Shown one piece after another: positions 26,482 through 35,559 of a DNA stretch of 37,857 bases (position 1 is its first letter; each line of letters opens with the position of its first letter). The position numbers and the translations under genes are program-made. A model generated the notes under the pieces. The model had not been told where the DNA came from. It did not search any database and was given only the letters and a program-made list of their open reading frames with translations. The DNA is taken from the NCBI GenBank assembly GCA_029261635.1, contig JAJDAW010000070.1, forward strand, positions 1 through 37,857, given 5' to 3'. This DNA comes from Nitrospinaceae bacterium (GTDB taxonomy: Bacteria; Nitrospinota; Nitrospinia; Nitrospinales; VA-1).

Positions 26482-27282
26482 TTGACAAAGATATTAGTTA
26501 TAGGAATTGCAGGTCGCATGGGCAAAACCATTGCCGAGTGCATTGATGACACCGACGGTGTTGAACTGGCTGGTGGAACCGAACGCGCAGGAAGCGATTT
26601 AATAGGTCAAGATGCAGGAGAAGTTTCTGGCCTTGGCACAAAGGGTGTTGCTGTATCGGATGATCTAGCCAAAGCGTTAGAAGGTTGTGATGCGGTGATC
26701 GATTTCACGACACCCGATTCGAGCATGGTTACTTTGCGCGCAGCGGCGGATAAAGGAAAATCGGTTGTGGTTGGCACAACGGGATTCTCCCCCGATCAGA
26801 AAAAAGAAATTGCCGAGCTTGCTAAAAAAATTCCTTTGGTTGTCGCTCCTAACATGAGCATTGGCGTTAATGTTTTGTTCAAGCTGGTAGCCGATGCGGC
26901 GCGTGTTTTGGGTGATGACTATGACGTCGAAATTGTTGAGGCTCACCATAAGTTTAAGAAAGATGCGCCTAGCGGCACTGCGGTTCGCATTTCTGAAATT
27001 GTTGCCGACTCGTTAAACCGCGATCTAGATGAGGTGGGGGTTTATGGAAGGCAAGGCATCACCGAACGTACCGCCAAGGAAATTGGCATCCATACCGTGC
27101 GCGCGGGAGACATTATTGGTGAGCATCGTGTGTTGTTTGGCGGCATGGGAGAAAACTTCGAAATTTTTCACCGAGCGCAAAGCAGACAAACTTTTGCCCG
27201 AGGGTCTATTCGTGCGGCGCAATGGATTCTTCAGCAGTCCAACGGTATCTACGATATGCAGGATGTTTTAGGATTGCGATAA
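26482..27282 (+). CDS. dapB: 4-hydroxy-tetrahydrodipicolinate reductase
   Basis: GIAGRMG, IDFT, GTTG, EAHHKFKKDAPSGTA. TTG start with AGGAG upstream. Confidence 0.98.
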   Translation: MTKILVIGIAGRMGKTIAECIDDTDGVELAGGTERAGSDLIGQDAGEVSGLGTKGVAVSDDLAKALEGCDAVIDFTTPDSSMVTLRAAADKGKSVVVGTTGFSPDQKKEIAELAKKIPLVVAPNMSIGVNVLFKLVADAARVLGDDYDVEIVEAHHKFKKDAPSGTAVRISEIVADSLNRDLDEVGVYGRQGITERTAKEIGIHTVRAGDIIGEHRVLFGGMGENFEIFHRAQSRQTFARGSIRAAQWILQQSNGIYDMQDVLGLR

Positions 27283-27298
27283 TGCGGTAAAAAAAGCC

Positions 27299-28108
27299 AT
27301 GGGAAAACCAACAAAAATTAAAAAAGGCGAAGCCTTTCAATTTGTTCGGCGGGATTTTTTAAAGCTTCTATCCTTTGCAGGTCTCTCCACTCTTCTGCCC
27401 GGTCGTGTTTTTGCGAAGGACGATTGGCGCAACGATAAAAACATACCCAAACAATACATACAAAATCGCGACCTTCCCGATTTTCATATTCGTAGTGCAA
27501 ATCCATTTATGGGTGTTGATATGAATGCTTGGGGCCTGGCCGTTGGCGGTATGGTGAAGAACCCTATTGGATTCAGCTATGAAGATTTGTTTGGGATGAA
27601 AATGTTTACCCAGATTTCCCGTCTCAAGTGCGTTGAATGCTGGTCGGCAAAAGCGGAATGGCAAGGCTTTCAGTTTTCTGAATTGGTTGGAAAGGTTCAG
27701 CCCGACCCCGCCGCGAAATTTGTTTATATTCAGTCTGCCGACTCTTATTACGAAAGTTTTGCTATCGAAGAACTGTTGCGTCCGCGTGTGTTGTTTGTTC
27801 TGCGTATGAACGGAAAGTCTTTAAGCAAAGACCATGGTTATCCGTTGCGGTTGATCGCGCCGTTTAAATACGGCTACAAAAATATCAAGTACATTACCAG
27901 CATCAAGTTCATGGATACTCGGAAAAGAAATTACTGGGCTAACAGCGGTCCTTATTCCGTAGATGGAACCATTCAGCCGGGCATCGATCATCCTCTCGAC
28001 TATAATAAAAAACCTCTGCCGATTAACGGCGGTGAAGTTTTCCACTTCTTCGACCAGCGTGACGCTGGACTCAATAGGTCGGCACCCAAAAAAAATTCCA
28101 CACCGTGA
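27299..28108 (+). CDS. Tat-exported molybdopterin oxidoreductase, sulfite-oxidase fold (MsrP-like)
   Basis: RRDFLK Tat motif; RLKCVECWS; HGYPLRLIAPFKYGYKNIKYI. Confidence 0.88.
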   Translation: MGKPTKIKKGEAFQFVRRDFLKLLSFAGLSTLLPGRVFAKDDWRNDKNIPKQYIQNRDLPDFHIRSANPFMGVDMNAWGLAVGGMVKNPIGFSYEDLFGMKMFTQISRLKCVECWSAKAEWQGFQFSELVGKVQPDPAAKFVYIQSADSYYESFAIEELLRPRVLFVLRMNGKSLSKDHGYPLRLIAPFKYGYKNIKYITSIKFMDTRKRNYWANSGPYSVDGTIQPGIDHPLDYNKKPLPINGGEVFHFFDQRDAGLNRSAPKKNSTP

Positions 28109-28150
28109 GGCCTTTTACAATAGTCCGATCTGGTAGAAGAAAATTTCTCC

Positions 28151-28177
28151 TCCCCCTGATAAGGGGGACTGAGGGGG
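28151..28177 (+). repeat. CCCCCTGATAAGGGGG-type repeat
   Basis: Near-identical to 20896-20922. Confidence 0.85.
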
Positions 28178-28186
28178 TTGCTCTTT

Positions 28187-28939
28187 ATGCTTGACCGAAA
28201 GTTGAATGTCTTTGCGCCTTTTACTTTAACCCTCTTCTGTTGTTTTCTTTTTGCCTGCGACTCCTATGAAGTAAGGCAAATTAAGGTGGATGTTCCTGCT
28301 GATGTTCAGGTTCCTGATGGGATGGTTTATATCCCTGCCGGGGATTTTATTATGGGTCACAAAGAAGAGCCTCGAACGCGATTGGGAGAAACGGTTTCGT
28401 CGCATGCCTATCTCATTGATCGTTATGAAGTGAGCCACGAACAGTACAAAAAGTTTCGCGCGGAGCATAGCTATCATTCTAAATCAGCCGCTTATCCGGT
28501 GACACATGTTTCCTTTTCAGAGTCTTTAGACTATTGCAAATCCTACGGCAAACGGTTGCCAACAGAAATCGAATGGGAAAAAGCGGCGAGAGGCACAGAC
28601 GGCAGAAAATGGCCGTGGAGAGTATTTTTCGGTCATCCCAATAACGGATTTTCAGGTTTCATTTCAGAGCCAGTAGGCAAGAGAACGGAATGGATCAGTC
28701 CCTATGGCGTTTATGGAATGGGACACAATGTATGGGAATGGATTGGCGAAGGATATACTTATTCAGGGCAACCTGAAAACGAACGCGATCGATTTAAAAT
28801 TATACGCGGCGGATTGTTGCAGACCCATATCACAATAAAATTTTCACCTGCCTATTTTAGAAATTGGATGACTCCAGAATCTAAACTTAATTTTATTGGT
28901 TTTCGTTGCGCGAAAGATGTTGGAAAAATGGGAGAGTAA
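28187..28939 (+). CDS. FGE-sulfatase (SUMF1/EgtB/PvdO) fold lipoprotein
   Basis: LFAC lipobox; MVYIPAGDFIMG, RLPTEIEWEKAARG, NVWEW, IGFRC. ATG at 28187 preferred over TTG at 28178. Confidence 0.88.
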   Translation: MLDRKLNVFAPFTLTLFCCFLFACDSYEVRQIKVDVPADVQVPDGMVYIPAGDFIMGHKEEPRTRLGETVSSHAYLIDRYEVSHEQYKKFRAEHSYHSKSAAYPVTHVSFSESLDYCKSYGKRLPTEIEWEKAARGTDGRKWPWRVFFGHPNNGFSGFISEPVGKRTEWISPYGVYGMGHNVWEWIGEGYTYSGQPENERDRFKIIRGGLLQTHITIKFSPAYFRNWMTPESKLNFIGFRCAKDVGKMGE

Positions 28940-28948
28940 AGCTGTGAG

Positions 28949-29425
28949 CTAGAAATCGCCTCTAAGGTGACTGGTGATTTCTTTAGCTGCTCGTTCAAAT
29001 AATTTATTTTCAGTGCCGCCGGTAGGCCCGCCTTTTACCCAAGAACTAACTTCCCATGCACCGACCATATCGCGACCATCAAAAAGTGCGACTTTGACTC
29101 TTAATTTCGATTTAGCCCAATCAGAAAACCCCATGGATGCGATGCGTAAAGCACGGTTACCTTCATCGTATTCGAGAACTTTATATTTTAGGCGGTAGCG
29201 GGCGCTTTCACCTGCAAGGGCATAACTGGTGTCTACCATTGCTTCTTCGACGGCACTTTGTAATTGCGAGCCCGCATTTTGCAATTCATAACCTCGGGAT
29301 GTCATATCTATAAGGACTATGGTGTTTTCAGCATTTTGGTAGCGCTTTTTAGTAAGTGAACCCACTCCCGAACAAGCTGGTAAAGTCAGCAGAGAGAGTA
29401 TTAAAATTTGAGTGATGAGTTTCAT
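28949..29425 (-). CDS. Lipoprotein (DUF4410-like)
   Basis: Start re-called to 29425; LPAC lipobox; YDEGNRALR motif. Confidence 0.65.
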   Translation of the reverse strand: MKLITQILILSLLTLPACSGVGSLTKKRYQNAENTIVLIDMTSRGYELQNAGSQLQSAVEEAMVDTSYALAGESARYRLKYKVLEYDEGNRALRIASMGFSDWAKSKLRVKVALFDGRDMVGAWEVSSWVKGGPTGGTENKLFERAAKEITSHLRGDF

Positions 29426-29484
29426 AGTTCCTTTTGATAGATATAACTCCCTATATTCTAACAAAATTCAACCCATTTTGACAA

Positions 29485-29669
29485 CTGCTCGCCTCAGGGG
29501 CAAAGATTCTATCTCGAAGCTTGAGTGTTATTGTTTCGCAAAACGAGAATAGACCTATGGCCTCCCACGCTAGTGGGCTGCTCGACGCAGGGCAAAGATT
29601 CTATCTAGAAGCTTGGAGGCTCTTGTTTTGCAGAACGAGAATAGACCTATTACCTCTCACGTTAGTGAG
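29485..29669. repeat. Diverged tandem duplication of about 93 bp (2 copies)
   Basis: Copies at 29485-29577 and 29578-29669 share CAAAGATTCTATCT and AACGAGAATAGACCTAT. Confidence 0.92.
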
Positions 29670-31410
29670 TGAACCAGTGGAGGATGCCTTCTTCAAATTC
29701 GCTGAACCAGATTTGGACTTCAATGGGGATGAGGCTATTGATATAAGTCATGTATCCGGTGGCGAGGACGATTCCTAATATGATCAACAAAATTCCGCTG
29801 AACAGGTTGGTGGTGTGGAGGAAAATAGTTTTTCCTGCGATGGGAATATCCCATCCCTTTCCGCGAAGCAGAGTCCAGAACATTCCATCCTTTGGAAGAT
29901 TCCCGCACAAGGTGGCAACGAGGATCAAGGGCAGACCGAGCCCGACTGCGTAAAAGAAGAGAAGGTTCATTCCCTGCCAGACTGTTTTTTCAGAAGCCGC
30001 CAGCATGAGAATGCTGGAGAGAATAGGGCCAACACATGGAGTCCAACCGAGAGCAAAGGTGGCACCGAACAGGAAGAATCCGATAAACGTGGAAGCGGGT
30101 TTTCCCTGGAAGCTGGCACCTGAAAACCCTTTTCCAAATAAAGTCATGATACCGAAGACTACAACGACGCCGCCGCCGATTTGCGAAATCTGAAACATGT
30201 AGTCGCGTAACAATTGTCCGAGTACGCTGGCAGAGGCTCCCATTGCGACGAATAGACTGGCGAGTCCGAAAAAGAAAGCGAGTGACATCATGCCCATGCG
30301 TGCCCGATCGGTTTGCGCGGTCACGGCAAAATAAGCTGGCAGGATGGGTAAGGTGCATGGAGATAAAAAACTAAAAACTCCTGCGACAAATGCAAGAAGG
30401 GTTAAGACCAGAATTCCTGATTCGGGAAGATTGGTTTTAGGTGCGAATGGATTGAACGGAGCTGCCGTTTTGGAAGCTGTGTTTAGTGATGCAGGTTTTT
30501 CAGCGGCGCCTGTTGTAGTCGAGGAACTTGCAGGTTGGCTCGATAAAGACAATCCGGTTTTTGCTACTGTTGGTTTGTTTTCGCTGGCACAGCGAAACCC
30601 AACATCGGGCCCTGGCTCATCTGGGTTTGCAAATTGTCGATAACCGCTACGTGCAAACATTTTAATAGCTTCAGCGTACATAGGGAAATGGCCGATATCG
30701 CTTGCTGAGTGGCCGCGAATTATTTTGTATCCCGAATCGTAGTAATCGTTTTTATGGGTGCTGCCTTTATAGGGTTTGTAGTCGTCTGCTACCCATTCCC
30801 AAACATTTCCTATCAGATCGTGTATGCCCTCTTTGCTAGCGGACTTTGGGAAACTGCCTACAGCGACGGGTTTGTTCTTGCTGCCTGCTCGATTTGAAAG
30901 ATGCGATATGTTGGATTGGAATTCGTTTCCCCATGGATATTCATTGCCATTCGTTCCTTTAGCAGCGCGCTCCCACTGTTTTTCGGTGGGCAATTTTTTT
31001 TCCGCCCATTGACAAAAGTTTGCGGCGTTGAACCAGGTCACCCATGTCACCGGTTCCTTATCTTTTCCAGCGGCAAAATTATTGTCTTTCCAGTTGCCGG
31101 GTGGGACAGCTCCTAAGGCATCAATATATTTTTTGTAGCGTTCGTTAGTGACCTCAAAGGTGTCAATGTAAAATCCTTTTAGGAAAATTTTTTGTTGAGG
31201 GCTTTCATCTGCATACCAGGGTTTAGGGATGCCCATGGAAAGTGCCTCGGCGGTTTCATCTTTTTTATTCGTGCCGAAAATAAAATGTCCCGAAGGTATA
31301 TGAACCATTTCCCCTTCCAGAGAATGATCTGTCTGGGTCCATCCAGATGAAGAAATGAAGAGAAAAGAAATTGCGAGAGTGAGCGATAAAAATTTCAGGC
31401 GAAGTGGCAA
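29662..31410 (-). CDS. FGE-sulfatase fold fused to a CcdA/DsbD transmembrane domain
   Basis: Signal peptide; KLPTEKQWERAAKG, GNVWEW, VGFRC; S/T/A/P-rich linker; SFLSPCTLP and GWTPCVGPIL. Confidence 0.88.
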   Translation of the reverse strand: MPLRLKFLSLTLAISFLFISSSGWTQTDHSLEGEMVHIPSGHFIFGTNKKDETAEALSMGIPKPWYADESPQQKIFLKGFYIDTFEVTNERYKKYIDALGAVPPGNWKDNNFAAGKDKEPVTWVTWFNAANFCQWAEKKLPTEKQWERAAKGTNGNEYPWGNEFQSNISHLSNRAGSKNKPVAVGSFPKSASKEGIHDLIGNVWEWVADDYKPYKGSTHKNDYYDSGYKIIRGHSASDIGHFPMYAEAIKMFARSGYRQFANPDEPGPDVGFRCASENKPTVAKTGLSLSSQPASSSTTTGAAEKPASLNTASKTAAPFNPFAPKTNLPESGILVLTLLAFVAGVFSFLSPCTLPILPAYFAVTAQTDRARMGMMSLAFFFGLASLFVAMGASASVLGQLLRDYMFQISQIGGGVVVVFGIMTLFGKGFSGASFQGKPASTFIGFFLFGATFALGWTPCVGPILSSILMLAASEKTVWQGMNLLFFYAVGLGLPLILVATLCGNLPKDGMFWTLLRGKGWDIPIAGKTIFLHTTNLFSGILLIILGIVLATGYMTYINSLIPIEVQIWFSEFEEGILHWFTH

Positions 31411-31421
31411 GAGTTTATCCT

Positions 31422-31937
31422 TTATTTGAGAAGGTTTTCAAAATAAAGAATATTGCTGGGCGTGGCCCAGTCTTCTGCACCAAATAGAGCACCGATAATT
31501 TTCCCTTCAGGATCAATCATAAAAGTGGCAGGAAGGCTAGTCACACCAAATGCGTTGCTGGCTTTTAACCGCTGGTCGAGAAGGATGGTGAAGTTGAGAT
31601 TATTTGCTTTAACAAAAGGCTTAACAATTGTTGCGCCAAACATATCGTTTGAAATGGCGAGCAGTGCAAAATTTTTATTTTTGAATCGTTGATAGAGGGC
31701 TTCCAAGGAAGGCATTTCTATTTTGCAGGGTCCACACCAGGTAGCCCAAAAGTTTACTAGAACATATTTGCCACGAAACTGACTGAGGCTGATTTCTTCT
31801 CCATCCATGTTTTTTAACGTAAAATTGGGGGCTACCATTCCTTCTTCCTCTGCTGCATGGGCTGAGGTATGCAAAACAAAAAGGAGGGCCAAACACGAAA
31901 TAGCCAGGGAAATTTTTTTATGAATCAAACTTTTCAC
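31422..31937 (-). CDS. TlpA/ResA-like periplasmic thioredoxin
   Basis: Signal peptide; APNFTL, LVNFWATWCGPCKIEMP. Confidence 0.95.
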   Translation of the reverse strand: MKSLIHKKISLAISCLALLFVLHTSAHAAEEEGMVAPNFTLKNMDGEEISLSQFRGKYVLVNFWATWCGPCKIEMPSLEALYQRFKNKNFALLAISNDMFGATIVKPFVKANNLNFTILLDQRLKASNAFGVTSLPATFMIDPEGKIIGALFGAEDWATPSNILYFENLLK

Positions 31938-31996
31938 GGATGGTTTATTTTTGATGAAAAAAGCGAGGTAATTGGAAAAGGGTGTTTAAAGTGGAA

Positions 31997-32230
31997 CTAC
32001 TCGACAGCTTCTATACAGCGTACCATGGGAACGGCTTTTTTAAGTGCCTTTTCAATTCCCATTTTTAAAGTCATGGTCGAACTGGAACAGGAGGCGCAGG
32101 AACCTACCAGACGTAATTTAACCACTCCGTCATCAATGTCCACCAGTTCTACATTGCCCCCGTCCGCCATGAGCATAGGTCGCAGGGTTTCTAGTACTTC
32201 TTCGACTTCTTCTTTCATGGATTCTATCAT
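31997..32230 (-). CDS. NifU/Nfu C-terminal domain protein
   Basis: [15 protein letters not shown]...[18 protein letters not shown]. Confidence 0.95.
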   Translation of the reverse strand: MIESMKEEVEEVLETLRPMLMADGGNVELVDIDDGVVKLRLVGSCASCSSSTMTLKMGIEKALKKAVPMVRCIEAVE

Positions 32231-32315
32231 TCATTCACACAGGTTTTGGGACTAGAGGCGAAACTCTGCATTTAGTCCGTCTACATTTTTTTCAAAACAT
32301 AATTTGGCAGTGAGG

Positions 32316-33060
<745 letters not shown>

Positions 33061-33122
33061 AGAGTATTTTGGGGTGTTCGGGATGGGTTGTCAAATGGTT
33101 TTGGAAGATTTAGCGGCAGAAG

Positions 33123-33413
33123 TCAGGGATTGGTGCGGACAACAAGATCGTCCGTGACTGTCACCTGACAGGCCATACGAAAATCATCGGGTTTCTTACC
33201 CAATTTGTCGGTTTCGGTCTCATTTCTGGGATCGATCTTGCCAGATAAAACCTGTACTGTGCAAGCGGTGCATAAACCTCGCCCACGACAGTTGAGAATT
33301 TTGGTGATGTGAGGATAGATACTGAACTTGTTCCGAATCGCGGCTTCCCGCAGATTTTCCCCTTCTTCCACCTCAATGGTGCGGTTCTCTTTTTCAAAAC
33401 GAACTTTTAGCAT
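33123..33413 (-). CDS. [2Fe-2S] ferredoxin
   Basis: NCRGRGLCTAC...RMACQ. Confidence 0.92.
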   Translation of the reverse strand: MLKVRFEKENRTIEVEEGENLREAAIRNKFSIYPHITKILNCRGRGLCTACTVQVLSGKIDPRNETETDKLGKKPDDFRMACQVTVTDDLVVRTNP

Positions 33414-33600
33414 GGTCGACTTTTCTGTAAGTTTAGTGATTAGGAGATCATAGCTAAATCGACCCCATCAACGCAATTTTTTTTCTCCCCACTCCCATGG
33501 GGAGGACTGCAGTAAAACAAGTTAACACATGTGTTGCATCGATCAGTTGAAATGGCAGCCAAAAACGGGCATTAGATAAAAGGTTTTAACATCGAGTATA

Positions 33601-34011
33601 TTAAGTATCTATTTCTATATACCATTTTGGTTTCATTCGCCCAAAATCAGTCCTAATATTATTTTTCAAAGTGCTTTTTGAATCTAGGACATAGTGCAAA
33701 TTACCTTCACGTGCGAAAACTACCCAGTGCCAATAAGGTTTTCCATTTTCTTTATGCCACTTTATAGATAATAACGCACAGCTAGGCAATGAATTCCAGC
33801 TACTAAATAGTATTTCTTTGTTACTAGTTTTATGACCAAGTCCATTTAATAAGCGGCGCATATATTTTGTCTCAGACCATAGCAACTTATCATTTGCATA
33901 TATTCCTAGACTATTTGCTAATTTTTTTGCAGCTTTATATGAAACCCCTGCAATAGCTGCTGAACTAGCTATACCGCACCCTGTTACTTCTTCTTGGATT
34001 ACTGGTTTCAT
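33601..34011 (-). CDS. Stand-alone C39-like papain-fold protein
   Basis: QEEVTGCG, HWVVF, VLDS (Q/C/H/D pattern); AT-rich. Confidence 0.6.
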   Translation of the reverse strand: MKPVIQEEVTGCGIASSAAIAGVSYKAAKKLANSLGIYANDKLLWSETKYMRRLLNGLGHKTSNKEILFSSWNSLPSCALLSIKWHKENGKPYWHWVVFAREGNLHYVLDSKSTLKNNIRTDFGRMKPKWYIEIDT

Positions 34012-34137
34012 TAAGTCACCTTAGGAATTGATCGCATGAAATCTTTAGGCTCCTTTTTCAACTGAATAAGAGGTGACCCCTGTTTTCTTTATTAGCTCTG
34101 TACAGGGGAAGGATTGCTATAGCGGTTTATCTCATTT

Positions 34138-34473
34138 TCACGAACAGGCTTCAATTTGCACATACTCTCGGGCAGTTCCTTTTCCCCAATATCCATAGAA
34201 TGCGTTGCCTGGGGTGTTGCACTGGGTGGTCATGTGGATATACTGATTTTGTCCGTTACCTGCTTTTAAAATGCCGACATTTGAATAAGGGGGTATGGTT
34301 CCACCGCAGTTTGCACATTCTGTCGAATAAATTTCACACAATTTTTCCAGGCAAGGCTGGCAGATGGCCGGGTCAAAAAGAAAAATTTCTTCGCCTTTAA
34401 ATTCTAGACATGTGGGAACGGATTCCACTATTTCCCCGCACTCTTCACAAGGCGGAGTCTTTGATAGATTCAT
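34138..34473 (-). CDS. Cys-rich putative zinc-binding protein
   Basis: CEEC, CQPC, CANC and H....C motifs. Confidence 0.65.
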   Translation of the reverse strand: MNLSKTPPCEECGEIVESVPTCLEFKGEEIFLFDPAICQPCLEKLCEIYSTECANCGGTIPPYSNVGILKAGNGQNQYIHMTTQCNTPGNAFYGYWGKGTAREYVQIEACS

Positions 34474-34524
34474 AAGCACTGCAACAGGTTGGGTATTGAT
34501 GGAGGGAATTGTAGCGCAGCCGTT

Positions 34525-35559
34525 TTAATTGATACAGACTTTTTTCATATTATCAAAGTCGTCTAAAACTGCCCCGGCACCTTTGACAATGCTCAGCAAT
34601 GGATCTTCAGGAATAAAAACCTTGAGGGTGGTTCTTTCTTCAATCATTTTATCGAGTCCGCGGATCAGCGCACCGCCTCCCGTCAAGTAGATACCATTTG
34701 AATGAATATCCGCCGAAAGCTCAGGCGGTATTTTTTCTAAAGCACGCATGATGGAGGTCACGATTGTAGTCAGGGGTTCTTTCAAAGCTTCGCGTATCTC
34801 ATCATCACCAATGGTGATGGACATTGGGACTCCGGTCTTTACATTGAGCCCTTTGACTTCGATGGAGAGGTTGCTCGGTTGCGGGAACGCACTGCCGACA
34901 GCCACCTTAACGCGTTCGCCTTCAAACACGCCAATATTGAGATGATGTTGCAGGCGCATATAGCGGACGATCGATTCATCGATTTCATCTCCGGCAACGC
35001 GAACGGATTCCCCATAAGCAATAGCGGATAGAGATATAACAGCGACATCGGTGGTGCCACCGCCTATATCAATCACCATATTGCCTTCAGGGCGGTGGAC
35101 AGGAATGCCAACGCCAATGGCTGCGGCCATGGGTTCTTCAATTAGATGAACCTCTCTTATTCCGGCCATAAGAGAAGCATCGATGACGGCCTTTTTTTCT
35201 ACTTGGGTAATGCAGGTGGGGACTCCCACGACCATTCGGGGTTTGAAAAAACGGTACTTGTGCAATATTTTTTTTATAAAATACTGAATCATCTTATTGG
35301 TCACATCGAAGTCGGCGATCACACCATCTTTCATTGGTCGGATAGTGTTGACTCTCGAATGGGTTCGGCCAAACATTTTTTTTGCTTCCAATCCCACCGC
35401 TTCAACCGTGTTGTCGGAAACATTTACCGCCACGACAGAGGGTTCGTTGAGCACGATGCCTTTTTCGGTTATGTATACCAAGGTGTTGGCTGTCCCCAGA
35501 TCCATTGCTATATCGGTGGAAAAAAAACTAAATATCTTATTGAAAAATTGTTTTATCAT
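34525..35559 (-). CDS. mreB: Rod shape-determining actin homolog MreB
   Basis: MDLGTANT, EPSVVA, RPMKDGVIADF, DIGGGTT, TGGGAL; N-terminal amphipathic helix. Confidence 0.96.
   Translation of the reverse strand: MIKQFFNKIFSFFSTDIAMDLGTANTLVYITEKGIVLNEPSVVAVNVSDNTVEAVGLEAKKMFGRTHSRVNTIRPMKDGVIADFDVTNKMIQYFIKKILHKYRFFKPRMVVGVPTCITQVEKKAVIDASLMAGIREVHLIEEPMAAAIGVGIPVHRPEGNMVIDIGGGTTDVAVISLSAIAYGESVRVAGDEIDESIVRYMRLQHHLNIGVFEGERVKVAVGSAFPQPSNLSIEVKGLNVKTGVPMSITIGDDEIREALKEPLTTIVTSIMRALEKIPPELSADIHSNGIYLTGGGALIRGLDKMIEERTTLKVFIPEDPLLSIVKGAGAVLDDFDNMKKVCIN

Noticed and set aside
29485-29669. CRISPR array or c-di-GMP-I riboswitch
   Set aside because: Whole units are duplicated with no unique spacers and no cas genes. 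GCAGGGCAAA is not followed by the GAAA tetraloop and GACGCAAAG core.
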